From an uncultured candidatus Brocadiaceae bacterium (lineage in GTDB: Bacteria; Planctomycetota; UBA1135; UBA2386), in contig CAZIFB010000009.1 in the NCBI GenBank assembly GCA_964538915.1, positions 51,506 to 115,505 on the forward strand: a DNA stretch of 64,000 nucleotides, given 5' to 3'. The notes beneath the pieces were generated by a model, which was not told the DNA's origin, searched no databases, and was given only the letters and a program-made list of their open reading frames with translations. A program made the position numbers and the translations under genes. This document shows positions 36,693-46,099 of this stretch, piece after piece; within the stretch, counting starts at the first letter, position 1, and each line of letters opens with the position of its first letter.

Positions 36693-37946
36693 TCAGAGCG
36701 AGTAGAAGCGAGCTTCGAGGTTCGACAGGCGGATGTCGCCGTTGGGGTCGAACGTCGCGAACTGCATGTAGAACGGGAACGGCACGGGGCCGCCGAACAG
36801 CGCGAGCGGCACGAAGCCGAACTGGAACTGACCGGCCGGGTCCAGCTGCCCGGCGACGAACGCCGCAGTGGGGAGGTCGACCAGGAGAGCGCCCACGAAC
36901 GGTGCGCCCAGCTCCGTGTAGGAAGGCGTCAGCCCGAACAGGAACGCGAACGGCGCGGATGGCGCCAAGCCGTCGCACATGATCGTGACCGGCTGCGTCG
37001 AGTCCGTTTCGCCGGACGGCAGGGGCGTCGACGCGAAGACGAGTCGCGGCATCGCGGGGGCGTTGAGCGTCACCGGTCCGAAAACCTGGCCCGACAGCGG
37101 CACCGGTCCATGGACCGTCACTTCGGAGACCGGGTAGAAGCGTTCGTTCGTCAGGCGGACCGCTGCGCCGGGGAAGGCGCCGCCCGCCGTGATGACATCC
37201 GCGGTGCCACCGCTGATCAGGAGACGCGAGTCGTTGCGCACGAAGATCGCGTCACCACCGAGTCCGATGAGGAAGCCAGGCGGCGCGCTGTTCCCGGCGA
37301 TGATGCGGGTGTCCGCGACGCGTGCTCGTGACGAATCGACGACTGCCAGACCCGACCCTCCGGTGCGAGAGCCCGGACCGCTGAACACTCCGGTGATGCT
37401 CCCGCCGAGGATGTCGCAGTCCATGGCGCTGAACTCGCCTCCCTGCACGGTGATCGCGTTGCCGCCGGTCATCGGTCCGCCGAACGGCGGTGGTGGCGGC
37501 GGGCCGATCGCGTCGCCGCCGACGAACCGGCAACGCAGCGCGAACACCTCGGAGAAGCCGCTGACGATCAGTGCGTTCGTACCGTTGAACGCCTGGTTGA
37601 TGCCGACGATCTCGCAGTCGGTCAGCGTCACGTGTGCGGCGTTGTTCGCCCAGAGGTTGCCGTGGATCGTCATGCCGCTGAACACGTCGACCGTGCCTGC
37701 GGGCGTTTGCGTCACGCCATGGGAAGATCCGTTCACGATCGTCGCGCCGATGCCCGCGCCACGGATCGTCAGCGTGCGGCCCGTCATCGCGAACGTCGAG
37801 TACGACCCAGCGCGCACGAGGATCGTGTCGCCATCCGCTGCGGCGGCGATCGCGGCGGGCAGGTCGGTGAAGTGGGAGCCGGGACCGGCTGCTGCGTCGA
37901 CGATCCACGTCATCGGCAGCAACCCCAGAGCGAGTGCGGTGAGCAT
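36693..37946 (-). CDS. Secreted right-handed beta-helix (pectin-lyase-like) protein with C-terminal module; paralog of 48980-50221
   Basis: WIVDAAAGPGSHFTDLPAAIAAAADGDTILVRAGSY start; Gly-rich beta-helix turns; ends IRLSNLEARFYSL. Confidence 0.75.
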   Translation of the reverse strand: MLTALALGLLPMTWIVDAAAGPGSHFTDLPAAIAAAADGDTILVRAGSYSTFAMTGRTLTIRGAGIGATIVNGSSHGVTQTPAGTVDVFSGMTIHGNLWANNAAHVTLTDCEIVGINQAFNGTNALIVSGFSEVFALRCRFVGGDAIGPPPPPPFGGPMTGGNAITVQGGEFSAMDCDILGGSITGVFSGPGSRTGGSGLAVVDSSRARVADTRIIAGNSAPPGFLIGLGGDAIFVRNDSRLLISGGTADVITAGGAFPGAAVRLTNERFYPVSEVTVHGPVPLSGQVFGPVTLNAPAMPRLVFASTPLPSGETDSTQPVTIMCDGLAPSAPFAFLFGLTPSYTELGAPFVGALLVDLPTAAFVAGQLDPAGQFQFGFVPLALFGGPVPFPFYMQFATFDPNGDIRLSNLEARFYSL

Positions 37947-37956
37947 GTAGACCTCC

Positions 37957-38016
37957 TGGTGGAAAGGTCTGCGCGGCGAAGGAAGGAAGTCGAGGGTGCG
38001 CGGGCCCTCGCGTCAA
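37957..38016 (-). promoter_or_regulatory. Conserved promoter/leader: TTGACG-N17-TCGACTTCC-N18-CTTTCCACCA
   Basis: Same three boxes with identical spacing upstream of the paralog at 50234-50293, while the spacers differ. Confidence 0.65.
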
Positions 38017-38108
38017 CCGGGAGGTGTCTCTTCGCGGGCCATGCCCCTGCATCGGACGGTGCGCGCCGCACTCGCCGGTAGCCCGAGCGTCAACGCCGCG
38101 CGGCTCCT

Positions 38109-40283
38109 TCAGGACATGGCGCGGACGTCGACCGCCACCGCGCCGCTCTCGTAGGCGAACAGCGGGTTGATCTCGAGTTCGACGACTTCCGGGTTGCTGC
38201 GCGCGCACGCCGCCACGGCCATGATCGCGTCGAGCACCGCTTCGCGGTCGACCGCCGGACTGCCGCGATGCCCGCGCAACAGGCGTGCGCCCTTGATCTC
38301 GCCGAGCATCTGCTTCGCGTCGTCGCGCGTGATCGGCAGCAGCCGCAACGTCACGTCCTTCAGCACCTCGACGGTGGTGCCGCCGAGGCCGACGACCAGC
38401 ACGCCGCCGTAGTGCGGATCCTTCTTGTAGCCGACCAGCAGTTCGACCGTCGGCCGCGGCAGCGACGGCGCCACCAGGATGCCGCGGAGATCGGGCACGA
38501 TGCCGCGCTTCTGGCAGTAGCTGCGCACGGCGTCCGAGACCTGCACGAACGTGCGAGCCACGTCGTCGGGGGCGACGCCGACGCGCACTGCTCCGGCTTC
38601 GGTCTTGTGGATCACTCCGGTGGAGACCGCCTTCAGCGCCGCAGCGCCGCCGATCTCGCGCGCCGCCGCCTCCGCTTCGGCTGCGGTCGTGCACAGCGTC
38701 GCCGGTACGACGGTCACTCCGTAGCCGCGCACGAGCTCGCGCGCCTCGGTCTCGAGCAGCACCACGCGCTCCTGTTGCTTGACCACCGACCAGCCGGACC
38801 ATTGGCCCGCGCCGGGAGGCGGTGGGGTGCCACGTCGACGGTCGAGCTGGCGTCCGCGTTCGAACACGGCCGAAGCGCACCGGCACGCGATTTCGAGCGA
38901 AGCGATGACAGGGACGCCGGCGGTCCGCAGCACGTCGAGCGGTTCGCTCGGCGTGTCGGCGTACAGGCTGTGCACGACGAAGGCGCGGCGATGGCGGCGC
39001 GAGGATTCGACCATCGCGTGGGCCGCGGCGACCTCACGCGCCAGGAGCTCCGCGGTGAAGCGGCGGTGGTAGCCGCCGAACAGCCCGACGACCAGCACGG
39101 TGCCGACCTGTTCGTCCTGCATCAGCAGATCGACGGAGCGTGCGAACACCATCGGGTCGCCGTCGGCGGCCCCGCCGAGGTCGACCGGGTTGCGGGCGGG
39201 ACCGTGGAGGCCGAGCTCGCGTTGCAGTTCGGTGGCGGTGGCGACTCCGAACTCGGTCAGTGCGGCCCCGTGGTTCTGCAGCGCGTCGGTGGCGAGCGTG
39301 CCGTGCCCGCCGCCGTCGGTCAGCACCGCGATGCCGCGGTAGCGACCACGCGCCGGCTGACCGGCCAGAGTCTCGGCGGTGTGCAGCAACTCGTCCGAAC
39401 GGCGCACGAGCACGACGCCGCTCTGGCGCAGGCCGGCGCGGAAGACCGGGAACGAGCCCGCCAGTGCCCCGGTGTGCGACCGCGCGGCGTCGGCTCCGCG
39501 GCCGCTGCGGCCGCCTTTCAGCAGGATCACCGGCTTCTTCGGCGTGACCCGTGCGGCGGCCTCGAGGAACTGCTGGCCGCGCCGGAAGCCCTCGACGTAC
39601 ATCGCGATCGCCGCGGTGTTGGGTTCGTCGGCGAGATAGTCGAGGTACTCGTCGAAGCGCAGGTCGATCTCGTTGCCGACGCCGATCACCAGCGAGAACC
39701 CGGCGCGCGTGCGTCGCATCGCCTCGGTCAGCACCTGCAGCGTGACGTTGCCGCTCTGGCCGAGCAGCGCGATCCTGCCGGCCGGCACGTCGGCGACGCC
39801 GATCAGGTTGACACCGCGATGCGGATTGAGGATGCCGCTGGTGTTCGGCCCGATCACGCGGATCCCGGTGTCGCGCACGACTGCCTGGATCTCGCGTTCG
39901 AGCTGCTCGCCCGCGGGCCCTGCTTCGCGGAAGCCGAGTGCCACGACGACGGCGCCCACGACGCCCTTGGCTGCACACTCGGCCAGCGCCTTCGGCACGC
40001 TCGCCGCGGGAGTGCAGACCAGCGCGGTGTCGACGTCGGGCGGCAGTTCGTCCAGCGAACGGAGGAACTCACACCCGTGGGCGTTGCCGCCCTTCGGATT
40101 GACGCCGTGGACGGTGCCTGCGTATCCGGCCTGGCGGAGCGCCGCGAGCGCCTGGTTGCCGCGCTTCTTCGCGTCGACGGAGGCGCCGACGACGACGATG
40201 CCGCGCGGGCGGAAGATGCGATCGAGCGACTGGTTCGCCGCCGACGGCGTCGATGCGTCACTCACCGGTGAACTCCGGCTCAC
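38109..40283 (-). CDS. NDP-forming acyl-CoA synthetase (acetate-CoA ligase family, CoA-binding plus ATP-grasp fusion)
   Basis: VVGAS....KRG, IGPNTSG, LGQSGNV, GNEIDL, LKGGRS..GA.AA.SHTGALAG, HKTEAGAV, ELEINPL; start may be GTG 40265. Confidence 0.9.
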   Translation of the reverse strand: MSRSSPVSDASTPSAANQSLDRIFRPRGIVVVGASVDAKKRGNQALAALRQAGYAGTVHGVNPKGGNAHGCEFLRSLDELPPDVDTALVCTPAASVPKALAECAAKGVVGAVVVALGFREAGPAGEQLEREIQAVVRDTGIRVIGPNTSGILNPHRGVNLIGVADVPAGRIALLGQSGNVTLQVLTEAMRRTRAGFSLVIGVGNEIDLRFDEYLDYLADEPNTAAIAMYVEGFRRGQQFLEAAARVTPKKPVILLKGGRSGRGADAARSHTGALAGSFPVFRAGLRQSGVVLVRRSDELLHTAETLAGQPARGRYRGIAVLTDGGGHGTLATDALQNHGAALTEFGVATATELQRELGLHGPARNPVDLGGAADGDPMVFARSVDLLMQDEQVGTVLVVGLFGGYHRRFTAELLAREVAAAHAMVESSRRHRRAFVVHSLYADTPSEPLDVLRTAGVPVIASLEIACRCASAVFERGRQLDRRRGTPPPPGAGQWSGWSVVKQQERVVLLETEARELVRGYGVTVVPATLCTTAAEAEAAAREIGGAAALKAVSTGVIHKTEAGAVRVGVAPDDVARTFVQVSDAVRSYCQKRGIVPDLRGILVAPSLPRPTVELLVGYKKDPHYGGVLVVGLGGTTVEVLKDVTLRLLPITRDDAKQMLGEIKGARLLRGHRGSPAVDREAVLDAIMAVAACARSNPEVVELEINPLFAYESGAVAVDVRAMS

Positions 40284-41037
40284 GCTTCTCGGCGAATGCG
40301 GTGATGCCCTCGCGCCAGTCCCGCGTCTGCATGCACGCGAGCAACGCGTCGGCCTCGGCGGCGAGCACGCCGTCGAGCGGGAGTTCGGTGGCCTTCTGCA
40401 GCAGCTGCTTGCCGAGCGTCAGCGAGCGCGGCGCCTTCTTCGCAAGCTCCTCGGCCAGCGCGATGGCAGCCGGCAGCACGCGTTCCGGCGACTCCGCGAA
40501 GTTGCACACGCCGTTCGCCGCGGCCTCGCTGCCGAGGAAGAAGCGGCCGAGCAGCAGCAGTTCGCGCGCCTTGGCCGCGCCGGTGCGCGCCAGCAGCGTC
40601 GCCGTGGCGCCGCCGCCGACGAACGTGCCCAGTCCGAACTCGGGGAAGCGCAGTTTCGCCGAGTCCGCGACCACCGACAGATCGCACGCGAGAGCCAGCT
40701 CGAGCCCGGCGCCGATCGCGTGGCCGTTCAGCGCCGCGACGATCGGGCATCGATGCCGCAGGATGGCGCTCGCGGCGCGCTGGCCGAGTTCGACGTAGTG
40801 ACGGCGCGCGGCGACATCACGTTCGGTCTCGTTGTGGCCGTGCAGATCGGCACCGACGCAGAAGGCGCGCCCGGCGCCGGTCAGCACGATCGCTCGAACG
40901 GCACGATCGGCAGCGGCGTCGTCGAGTGCTGCCAACAGAGCCGTGTACATCGCCTCGTTGACGGCATTCAGCCGTTCGGGCCGGTTCAGCGTCAGCTGCA
41001 CGATGGCGCCGCGGCGTTCCGCGAGGAGCGTCTGCAT
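40258..41037 (-). CDS. Enoyl-CoA hydratase/isomerase (crotonase) family protein
   Basis: LTLNRPERLNA, LTGAGRAFCVGADL, NGHAIGAGLELALACD, FPEFGLG; both catalytic Glu positions present; GAGGAG SD. Confidence 0.92.
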   Translation of the reverse strand: MQTLLAERRGAIVQLTLNRPERLNAVNEAMYTALLAALDDAAADRAVRAIVLTGAGRAFCVGADLHGHNETERDVAARRHYVELGQRAASAILRHRCPIVAALNGHAIGAGLELALACDLSVVADSAKLRFPEFGLGTFVGGGATATLLARTGAAKARELLLLGRFFLGSEAAANGVCNFAESPERVLPAAIALAEELAKKAPRSLTLGKQLLQKATELPLDGVLAAEADALLACMQTRDWREGITAFAEKREPEFTGE

Positions 41038-41203
41038 CTCCTCATGATGCATCGATCGACTGTCCACGCAAGGTTGCTCGTCCCCGGTCGCGAGTCTCGT
41101 GCTAGCCTGGGTGGCCCGTTCGCGCGCATCGCGGCGTCGTCCGAGTGCGCGCCTTTGTTCCACCCTGCGGCCGAACGGTCGCCCAACAAAGCAGGACAGC
41201 ACG

Positions 41204-42610
41204 ATGCCGAAGCTGATCAAGGTCGCGCCACGCAAGTTCAGAGTCTTCACCCGCCGCGACCTCGATCGCATTCCGCAGCTGCAGCGCTTCAGCGCCGACG
41301 ACCTGTTGGCGATGAAGGCAGTCGCCTGTGTCCTTCCCTTCCGCGTCAACGAGTATGTCTGCGACGAACTGATCGACTGGGAACGGGTGCCGGAGGATCC
41401 GATCTTCCAGCTGACGTTCCCGCAGCCGGGCATGCTGGGAGCGAAGGACCTCGCGCGCATGATCGATCTGCTGCGCGATGACGCCAGTGAGGCCGAGATC
41501 CAGCAGGAAGCGCGCCGCATCCAGACTTCGCTCAATCCGCACCCCGCGGGTCAGGTCGAGCTGAACGTGCCGCGGCTCGAGGGCACGGCGCTGCCGGGCA
41601 TGCAGCACAAGTACCGCGAGACCGTGCTGTTCTTCCCCAGCAGCGGTCAGACGTGCCACACCTACTGCACCTACTGCTTCCGCTGGCCGCAGTTCGTCGG
41701 TCTCGACGAGCTGAAGTTCGCCGCGCGCGAAGCGGACCAACTGGTCGCCTACCTCCGCGAGCATCCCGAGGTCAACAGCGTGCTGTTCACCGGCGGTGAC
41801 CCGATGGTGATGAAGACGCGCGTGCTGCGGCGCTACGTCGAACCGCTGCTGGCCGCGGACCTCGACCACATCGTCAGCATCCGGATCGGCACGAAGGCAC
41901 CGGCGTACTGGCCGCAGCGTTTCACCACCGACGACGACGCCGACGACCTGATGCGTCTGTTCGAACAGGTCGCCCGGGCCGGACGTCACCTCGCGATCAT
42001 GGCCCACTTCAGCCATCCGCGTGAGCTCGACACTCCGACCGCGCAGGCCGCCATCGACCGGTTGCGCAACGCCGACACCGTCGTGCGTTGCCAGGCGCCT
42101 CTGATCCGCCGCGTCAACGACGATGCGCAGACGTGGGCGGACATGTGGAAGCGCCAGATCGTGCTGGGCGCGGTGCCGTACTACATGTTCGTCGAGCGCG
42201 ACACCGGGCCGAAGCACTACTTCGAGGTGCCGCTCGCCCGCGCCTACGACATCTTCACCACGGCCTACCGGCGCGTCTCCGGCCTCGGCCGTACCGTGCG
42301 CGGCCCGTCGATGTCGGCGACGCCGGGCAAGGTCCTGGTCGACGGCGTCGCCGAAGTGCACGGCGAGAAGGTGTTCGTCCTGAAGTTCCTGCAGGCCCGC
42401 GACCCGGCCTGGGTCAACCGAGTGTTCTTCGCCAAGTACGACGAGAAGGCGACGTGGCTCGATCACCTGCAGCCGGCGTTCGGCGAGAAGGAGTGGTGGT
42501 TCCAGCCCACGATCCGCGAGATGAAGAAGCAGGGCTGGCAGCCGTCGTGGGGCGACCGGTCGCGCGCGAAGAAGCGCGTGACGCAGTTCGGCCACGTCGA
42601 GTGGGAGTAG
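41204..42610 (+). CDS. KamA-family radical SAM/PLP aminomutase-like enzyme
   Basis: LPFRVNEY, DPIFQLTFP, HKYRETVL, CHTYCTYC (CxxxCxxC), VLFTGGDP, IRIGTK, PYYMF, PGK lysine. Confidence 0.88.
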   Translation: MPKLIKVAPRKFRVFTRRDLDRIPQLQRFSADDLLAMKAVACVLPFRVNEYVCDELIDWERVPEDPIFQLTFPQPGMLGAKDLARMIDLLRDDASEAEIQQEARRIQTSLNPHPAGQVELNVPRLEGTALPGMQHKYRETVLFFPSSGQTCHTYCTYCFRWPQFVGLDELKFAAREADQLVAYLREHPEVNSVLFTGGDPMVMKTRVLRRYVEPLLAADLDHIVSIRIGTKAPAYWPQRFTTDDDADDLMRLFEQVARAGRHLAIMAHFSHPRELDTPTAQAAIDRLRNADTVVRCQAPLIRRVNDDAQTWADMWKRQIVLGAVPYYMFVERDTGPKHYFEVPLARAYDIFTTAYRRVSGLGRTVRGPSMSATPGKVLVDGVAEVHGEKVFVLKFLQARDPAWVNRVFFAKYDEKATWLDHLQPAFGEKEWWFQPTIREMKKQGWQPSWGDRSRAKKRVTQFGHVEWE

Positions 42611-42751
42611 GCGGCTCGCTCGAGCGGGCGGCCGCGCCGATGCCGCGCGATGCGCGGCAGCCCGGTTCCCGGTGCTGGTGGCGAGGGGCGCCGGTGGATT
42701 CTCGGGTTCTTTCCGTACATTCCGGCCAGCCCGGGCATCCACCGAGCGCCG

Positions 42752-45700
42752 ATGCTCCCGACCGACGTCCAGCTCTTCCGCCGCTACGCGACGGCCGCCG
42801 ATCGCGCCGCACTGGACGAGCTGTTCGGCCGCCACTACGCGGCCGTGCTCCGCCTCGCCGCGAAGCTCCTGCCCGAGCCCGCCGACGCCGCGGATGTCGC
42901 TCAGTCGACGTTTCTCGCCGCCATCCGCGCCGGCCGAGACGCGCTCCCGACCGATTCCTTCCGCGCGTGGCTGCTCGGGATCGCCGTCAACGAGGTGCGG
43001 CAGTTTCTCCGCACGCGACGCCGCCAGCGTCGCGATCCGCTGGCCGAGGTCGTGCGTGCTGCTGCGGACGACCTCGTTCCGGACGCCGCCGCGCGCCGCG
43101 AATTCGAACGCGCGCTGGAAGACTCGCTGCGTCTCCTGCCCCAGCACCTGAAAGAACCCGTAGCGCTCCACTTCTACGAAGCGCTGCCGCTCGCCGACGT
43201 AGCCGCCGTGCTGGGCCTGCCGAAGAGCACCGTGCAGACCCGCATCACCGCCGCGGTCGAGCGTGTGCGCCGGTCCCTGCGCCGCGCGGGCCACGCCGCC
43301 CTCGTGCCGTTGTTCGACGCCCGCATCACCATCCCCGCGCCCGCGAACGCCGCCGCCGGCCTCAGCCATCTGCTCGCCTGGACCATGTCCACCAAGCTCC
43401 CCGTCGTCGCCGGCGTCGCGATCCTCGTTGCCGGACTCTTCGCCCTCGTCGCGATCTGGCCTCCTGCACCGGCACCCGAACAACGCACCAGCGCGAGCAC
43501 GCCGGACGCCGCGAGTGCATCACCGCTGCTCGTGGTCGGCGACCAGGTGGCACCGAGCCGGGTGCCCGACGCGCTCACCGCCGCCGGTGACGTCGCGCGC
43601 GAAGTCTTCGGTCTGGTCCTGCGCGAAGGCGGCGAACCGATCGTCGGGGCGACCGTGCGCCTGTTCGACTATGCCGCCGACCGCACCGAAGACGCGCTCA
43701 CGGACTCCGGCGGCCGTTTCCGCTTCGCCAGCACCCGGGATCGCGACGGCGTTTTCCACCTCGTCGCCGAGAAGTCCGGCAGCGGTCGCCGCACGGTCGC
43801 CGACGTGATCGCGTCCCTGCAACCGCTGCGCTGCGTCCTCCAGTCGGACCTGACGATCCGCGGCCGCGTCGTGGATGCCGTCGGCGGCGGACCCATCGCG
43901 GCGTTCACGGTCGAGGCGGTGCGCCTGCCGTTCCAGCGCGAAGCCGACTGGGATCCGGCCCTCGTGCTGCATCGCCAGAGTCTGCCCGCGAGGCTGCTCG
44001 TCGATCGGCGCGCCGAAGTGGTCGACCCGGACGGCCGCTTCGAACTGCCCGACCTCGAGACGGGCCGCTACCTGCTCGTCGTCACCACCGAGGGTCGCCA
44101 GCCGGTGTCCTTCGCAGCGGGTGGTCGCTCCTGGGATCGCTTCGCCGGCGTCGAGGCGCTGCCGCGCGCGGCGGCAACCGAGCACACCATCGTGCTACCC
44201 GTGCCCGGCCACATCGTCGTGCAGGCCGTGGAGGCGGCGAACGGCACCCCGATCGCCGGCGCCACCGTGCGTCTGGACTGCGCGTTCGGCGATCTGGCGT
44301 TCCCGTGCACCGCGACGACGACCGATGGCGACGGACGTGCCGTCGTGTCCGTCGCGCTGGATGCGCGCGGCGGGATCGAGGACGTCGCGCTGACCGTGAG
44401 TGCGCCGGGCCTTGCACCGGCGAGCACCAGCTTCAGCGGCCAGGAGAACGGTTTCACCATCACCCTCGCACTCGCGCGCCCGGCGGCGCTGCACGGCCGC
44501 GTGCTCGGTGCCGATGGCGCGCCGGTGTCCGGCGCCGCGATCCTGGTCGAACGCGTCGTCGATCGCACGCTGCTCCGGCGGGCGCGCAGCGACGCCGACG
44601 GGCGCTACGCCATCGCCGGCCTGCACGCCGCGAGTGCAACCACGCTGCACTGCCTGTCGCCGGCACTCGACCACGTCACCGCCACACTGCCGCTGAAGCT
44701 CGAGGACGGCGAGACGCGCTACCTCGACATCGACCTGCGCGGAGCCGCCGGCGTCGTCGGGAGAGTGGCGGTCGGCGGTGTTCAGGCGGCCGGCGCGCTG
44801 GTCGCCATGCACGCCGAACGCGGTGGCATCCGCGTCGACTGCACGACGCGGCGCGACGGTGCGTACGCGTTCGCCGGCCTGCCGGAGGGCCGTTACGAAA
44901 TGACGGTGACCACGGAATGGCTCGGGCGGCAGCTCGCGTCGCGGACACCGATCGAGGTCGGCCTCGCCATGCAGGAGCGCGACTTCGATTTCGCGCAACG
45001 CGTGACCGGCCGCGTCGTCGCCGTGGCGGCGGGCGGTCGGGAGGCGCCGCAGGCGCCGGGGGCCGAGGTCGTGGCGACGCACCTCACCGATCGGACCACG
45101 ATCGAGGTCGACGCGGAGGACGACGGCAGCTTCGCGGTGCTGCTCGCGGCGCCCGGCCCATGGGAACTGCACGCGCAGCGCGGCGACGAGACGTTCCCGG
45201 TGCGCCCGCAGCGGATCGAGGTCCGCGACGGGGCGGCGATCGACGGTGTCGAACTCCTGTTCGCCTCGGATCCCGCCGACGGTCGCATCGAGGTGCGTTT
45301 CGTCGACGCGAAGAGCGGCGCGCCCGTCAGCGGCGAGCTGCGTTTCTCGCACGGTCGCTCGTGGACGGCCGCGAGCTTCGAAGACGGTGTGTACGTCGAG
45401 GAGAAGGCGCTGCTCGGTCGCTACCGCTTCACGGCGACGACGGACGAGCACCGGCCGACGCCCTTCGAAGTCGAACTGCTGCCGGGGCAGCGGGAAGTTG
45501 TCTTGTCGGTGCCGCTCGTTGCGGCGAGCGAGGTCGAGATCGTCGAGGTCGCGGCGGGCAGCGCGGCTCACCGCGCGGGCCTTCGTGCGGGCGATCGGCC
45601 GCGCCGCTACGGCGCAACGGCGATCCACAGCATCGCCGGGCTGCGCGCCGCGATCGCAGCGCACCCGGGGCCGACGACTCTCGCGGTCCTTCGCGACGGC

Positions 45701-45763
45701 GCGGAACTCGCCGTCCCGGTGCCGGGCGGCGCGCTCGGCATCCAGGTCGAGAACGTTCGCTGA
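42752..45763 (+). CDS. ECF sigma factor fused to a TM helix, carboxypeptidase-regulatory-like repeats and a C-terminal PDZ domain
   Basis: AADVAQSTFL, FRAWLLGIAVN, DVAAVLGLPKSTVQTRI; TM VVAGVAILVAGLFALVAIW; repeated G.V....G.P(I/V).GA.V; VEVAAGSAAHRAGLRAGD. Confidence 0.85.
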   Translation: MLPTDVQLFRRYATAADRAALDELFGRHYAAVLRLAAKLLPEPADAADVAQSTFLAAIRAGRDALPTDSFRAWLLGIAVNEVRQFLRTRRRQRRDPLAEVVRAAADDLVPDAAARREFERALEDSLRLLPQHLKEPVALHFYEALPLADVAAVLGLPKSTVQTRITAAVERVRRSLRRAGHAALVPLFDARITIPAPANAAAGLSHLLAWTMSTKLPVVAGVAILVAGLFALVAIWPPAPAPEQRTSASTPDAASASPLLVVGDQVAPSRVPDALTAAGDVAREVFGLVLREGGEPIVGATVRLFDYAADRTEDALTDSGGRFRFASTRDRDGVFHLVAEKSGSGRRTVADVIASLQPLRCVLQSDLTIRGRVVDAVGGGPIAAFTVEAVRLPFQREADWDPALVLHRQSLPARLLVDRRAEVVDPDGRFELPDLETGRYLLVVTTEGRQPVSFAAGGRSWDRFAGVEALPRAAATEHTIVLPVPGHIVVQAVEAANGTPIAGATVRLDCAFGDLAFPCTATTTDGDGRAVVSVALDARGGIEDVALTVSAPGLAPASTSFSGQENGFTITLALARPAALHGRVLGADGAPVSGAAILVERVVDRTLLRRARSDADGRYAIAGLHAASATTLHCLSPALDHVTATLPLKLEDGETRYLDIDLRGAAGVVGRVAVGGVQAAGALVAMHAERGGIRVDCTTRRDGAYAFAGLPEGRYEMTVTTEWLGRQLASRTPIEVGLAMQERDFDFAQRVTGRVVAVAAGGREAPQAPGAEVVATHLTDRTTIEVDAEDDGSFAVLLAAPGPWELHAQRGDETFPVRPQRIEVRDGAAIDGVELLFASDPADGRIEVRFVDAKSGAPVSGELRFSHGRSWTAASFEDGVYVEEKALLGRYRFTATTDEHRPTPFEVELLPGQREVVLSVPLVAASEVEIVEVAAGSAAHRAGLRAGDRPRRYGATAIHSIAGLRAAIAAHPGPTTLAVLRDGAELAVPVPGGALGIQVENVR

Positions 45764-46099
45764 TCTTGGTGCGGACCTGTCACGCACGCAGGAGGTCGGC
45801 GAAGTCAGATTTGCTCGTCGACACGGCGGACGGATCGAGCCAGTCCATGTTCCGGAGCAGCAGCGTCGCCATCGCCGACGGCCGGGCGCCGTGAGCCGCG
45901 AGTGCGGACCTCAGCGGGTGCTCGGTCTCGATGCAGATCATGTGGGCCGCACCGGCGCGCGGCCCGTGCGCGCCGTGCGCCGCCGACGCGTGCACGGCGT
46001 GCAGAACCTGCATCGGTGCCCCCGTTGAAAGTAAGTGGGCACTACCAGTTCGCTCGCCTGCCGTGTCCGAGCCCGCCGCGGTCTCTTCGCCGCGTGCGG

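Noticed and set aside
36104-37946. Toxin-immunity pair (beta-helix protein plus SUKH gene)
   Set aside because: The upstream protein ends in the shared terminal module, not a recognisable toxin domain, and its paralog has no immunity gene downstream
38109-42610. Natural-product (NRPS/beta-lysine antibiotic) gene cluster
   Set aside because: No adenylation, carrier, condensation, resistance or export genes adjacent
46010-46045. GTTGAAAG resembling a CRISPR repeat 3' end
   Set aside because: Single occurrence, no repeat-spacer periodicity, no cas genes
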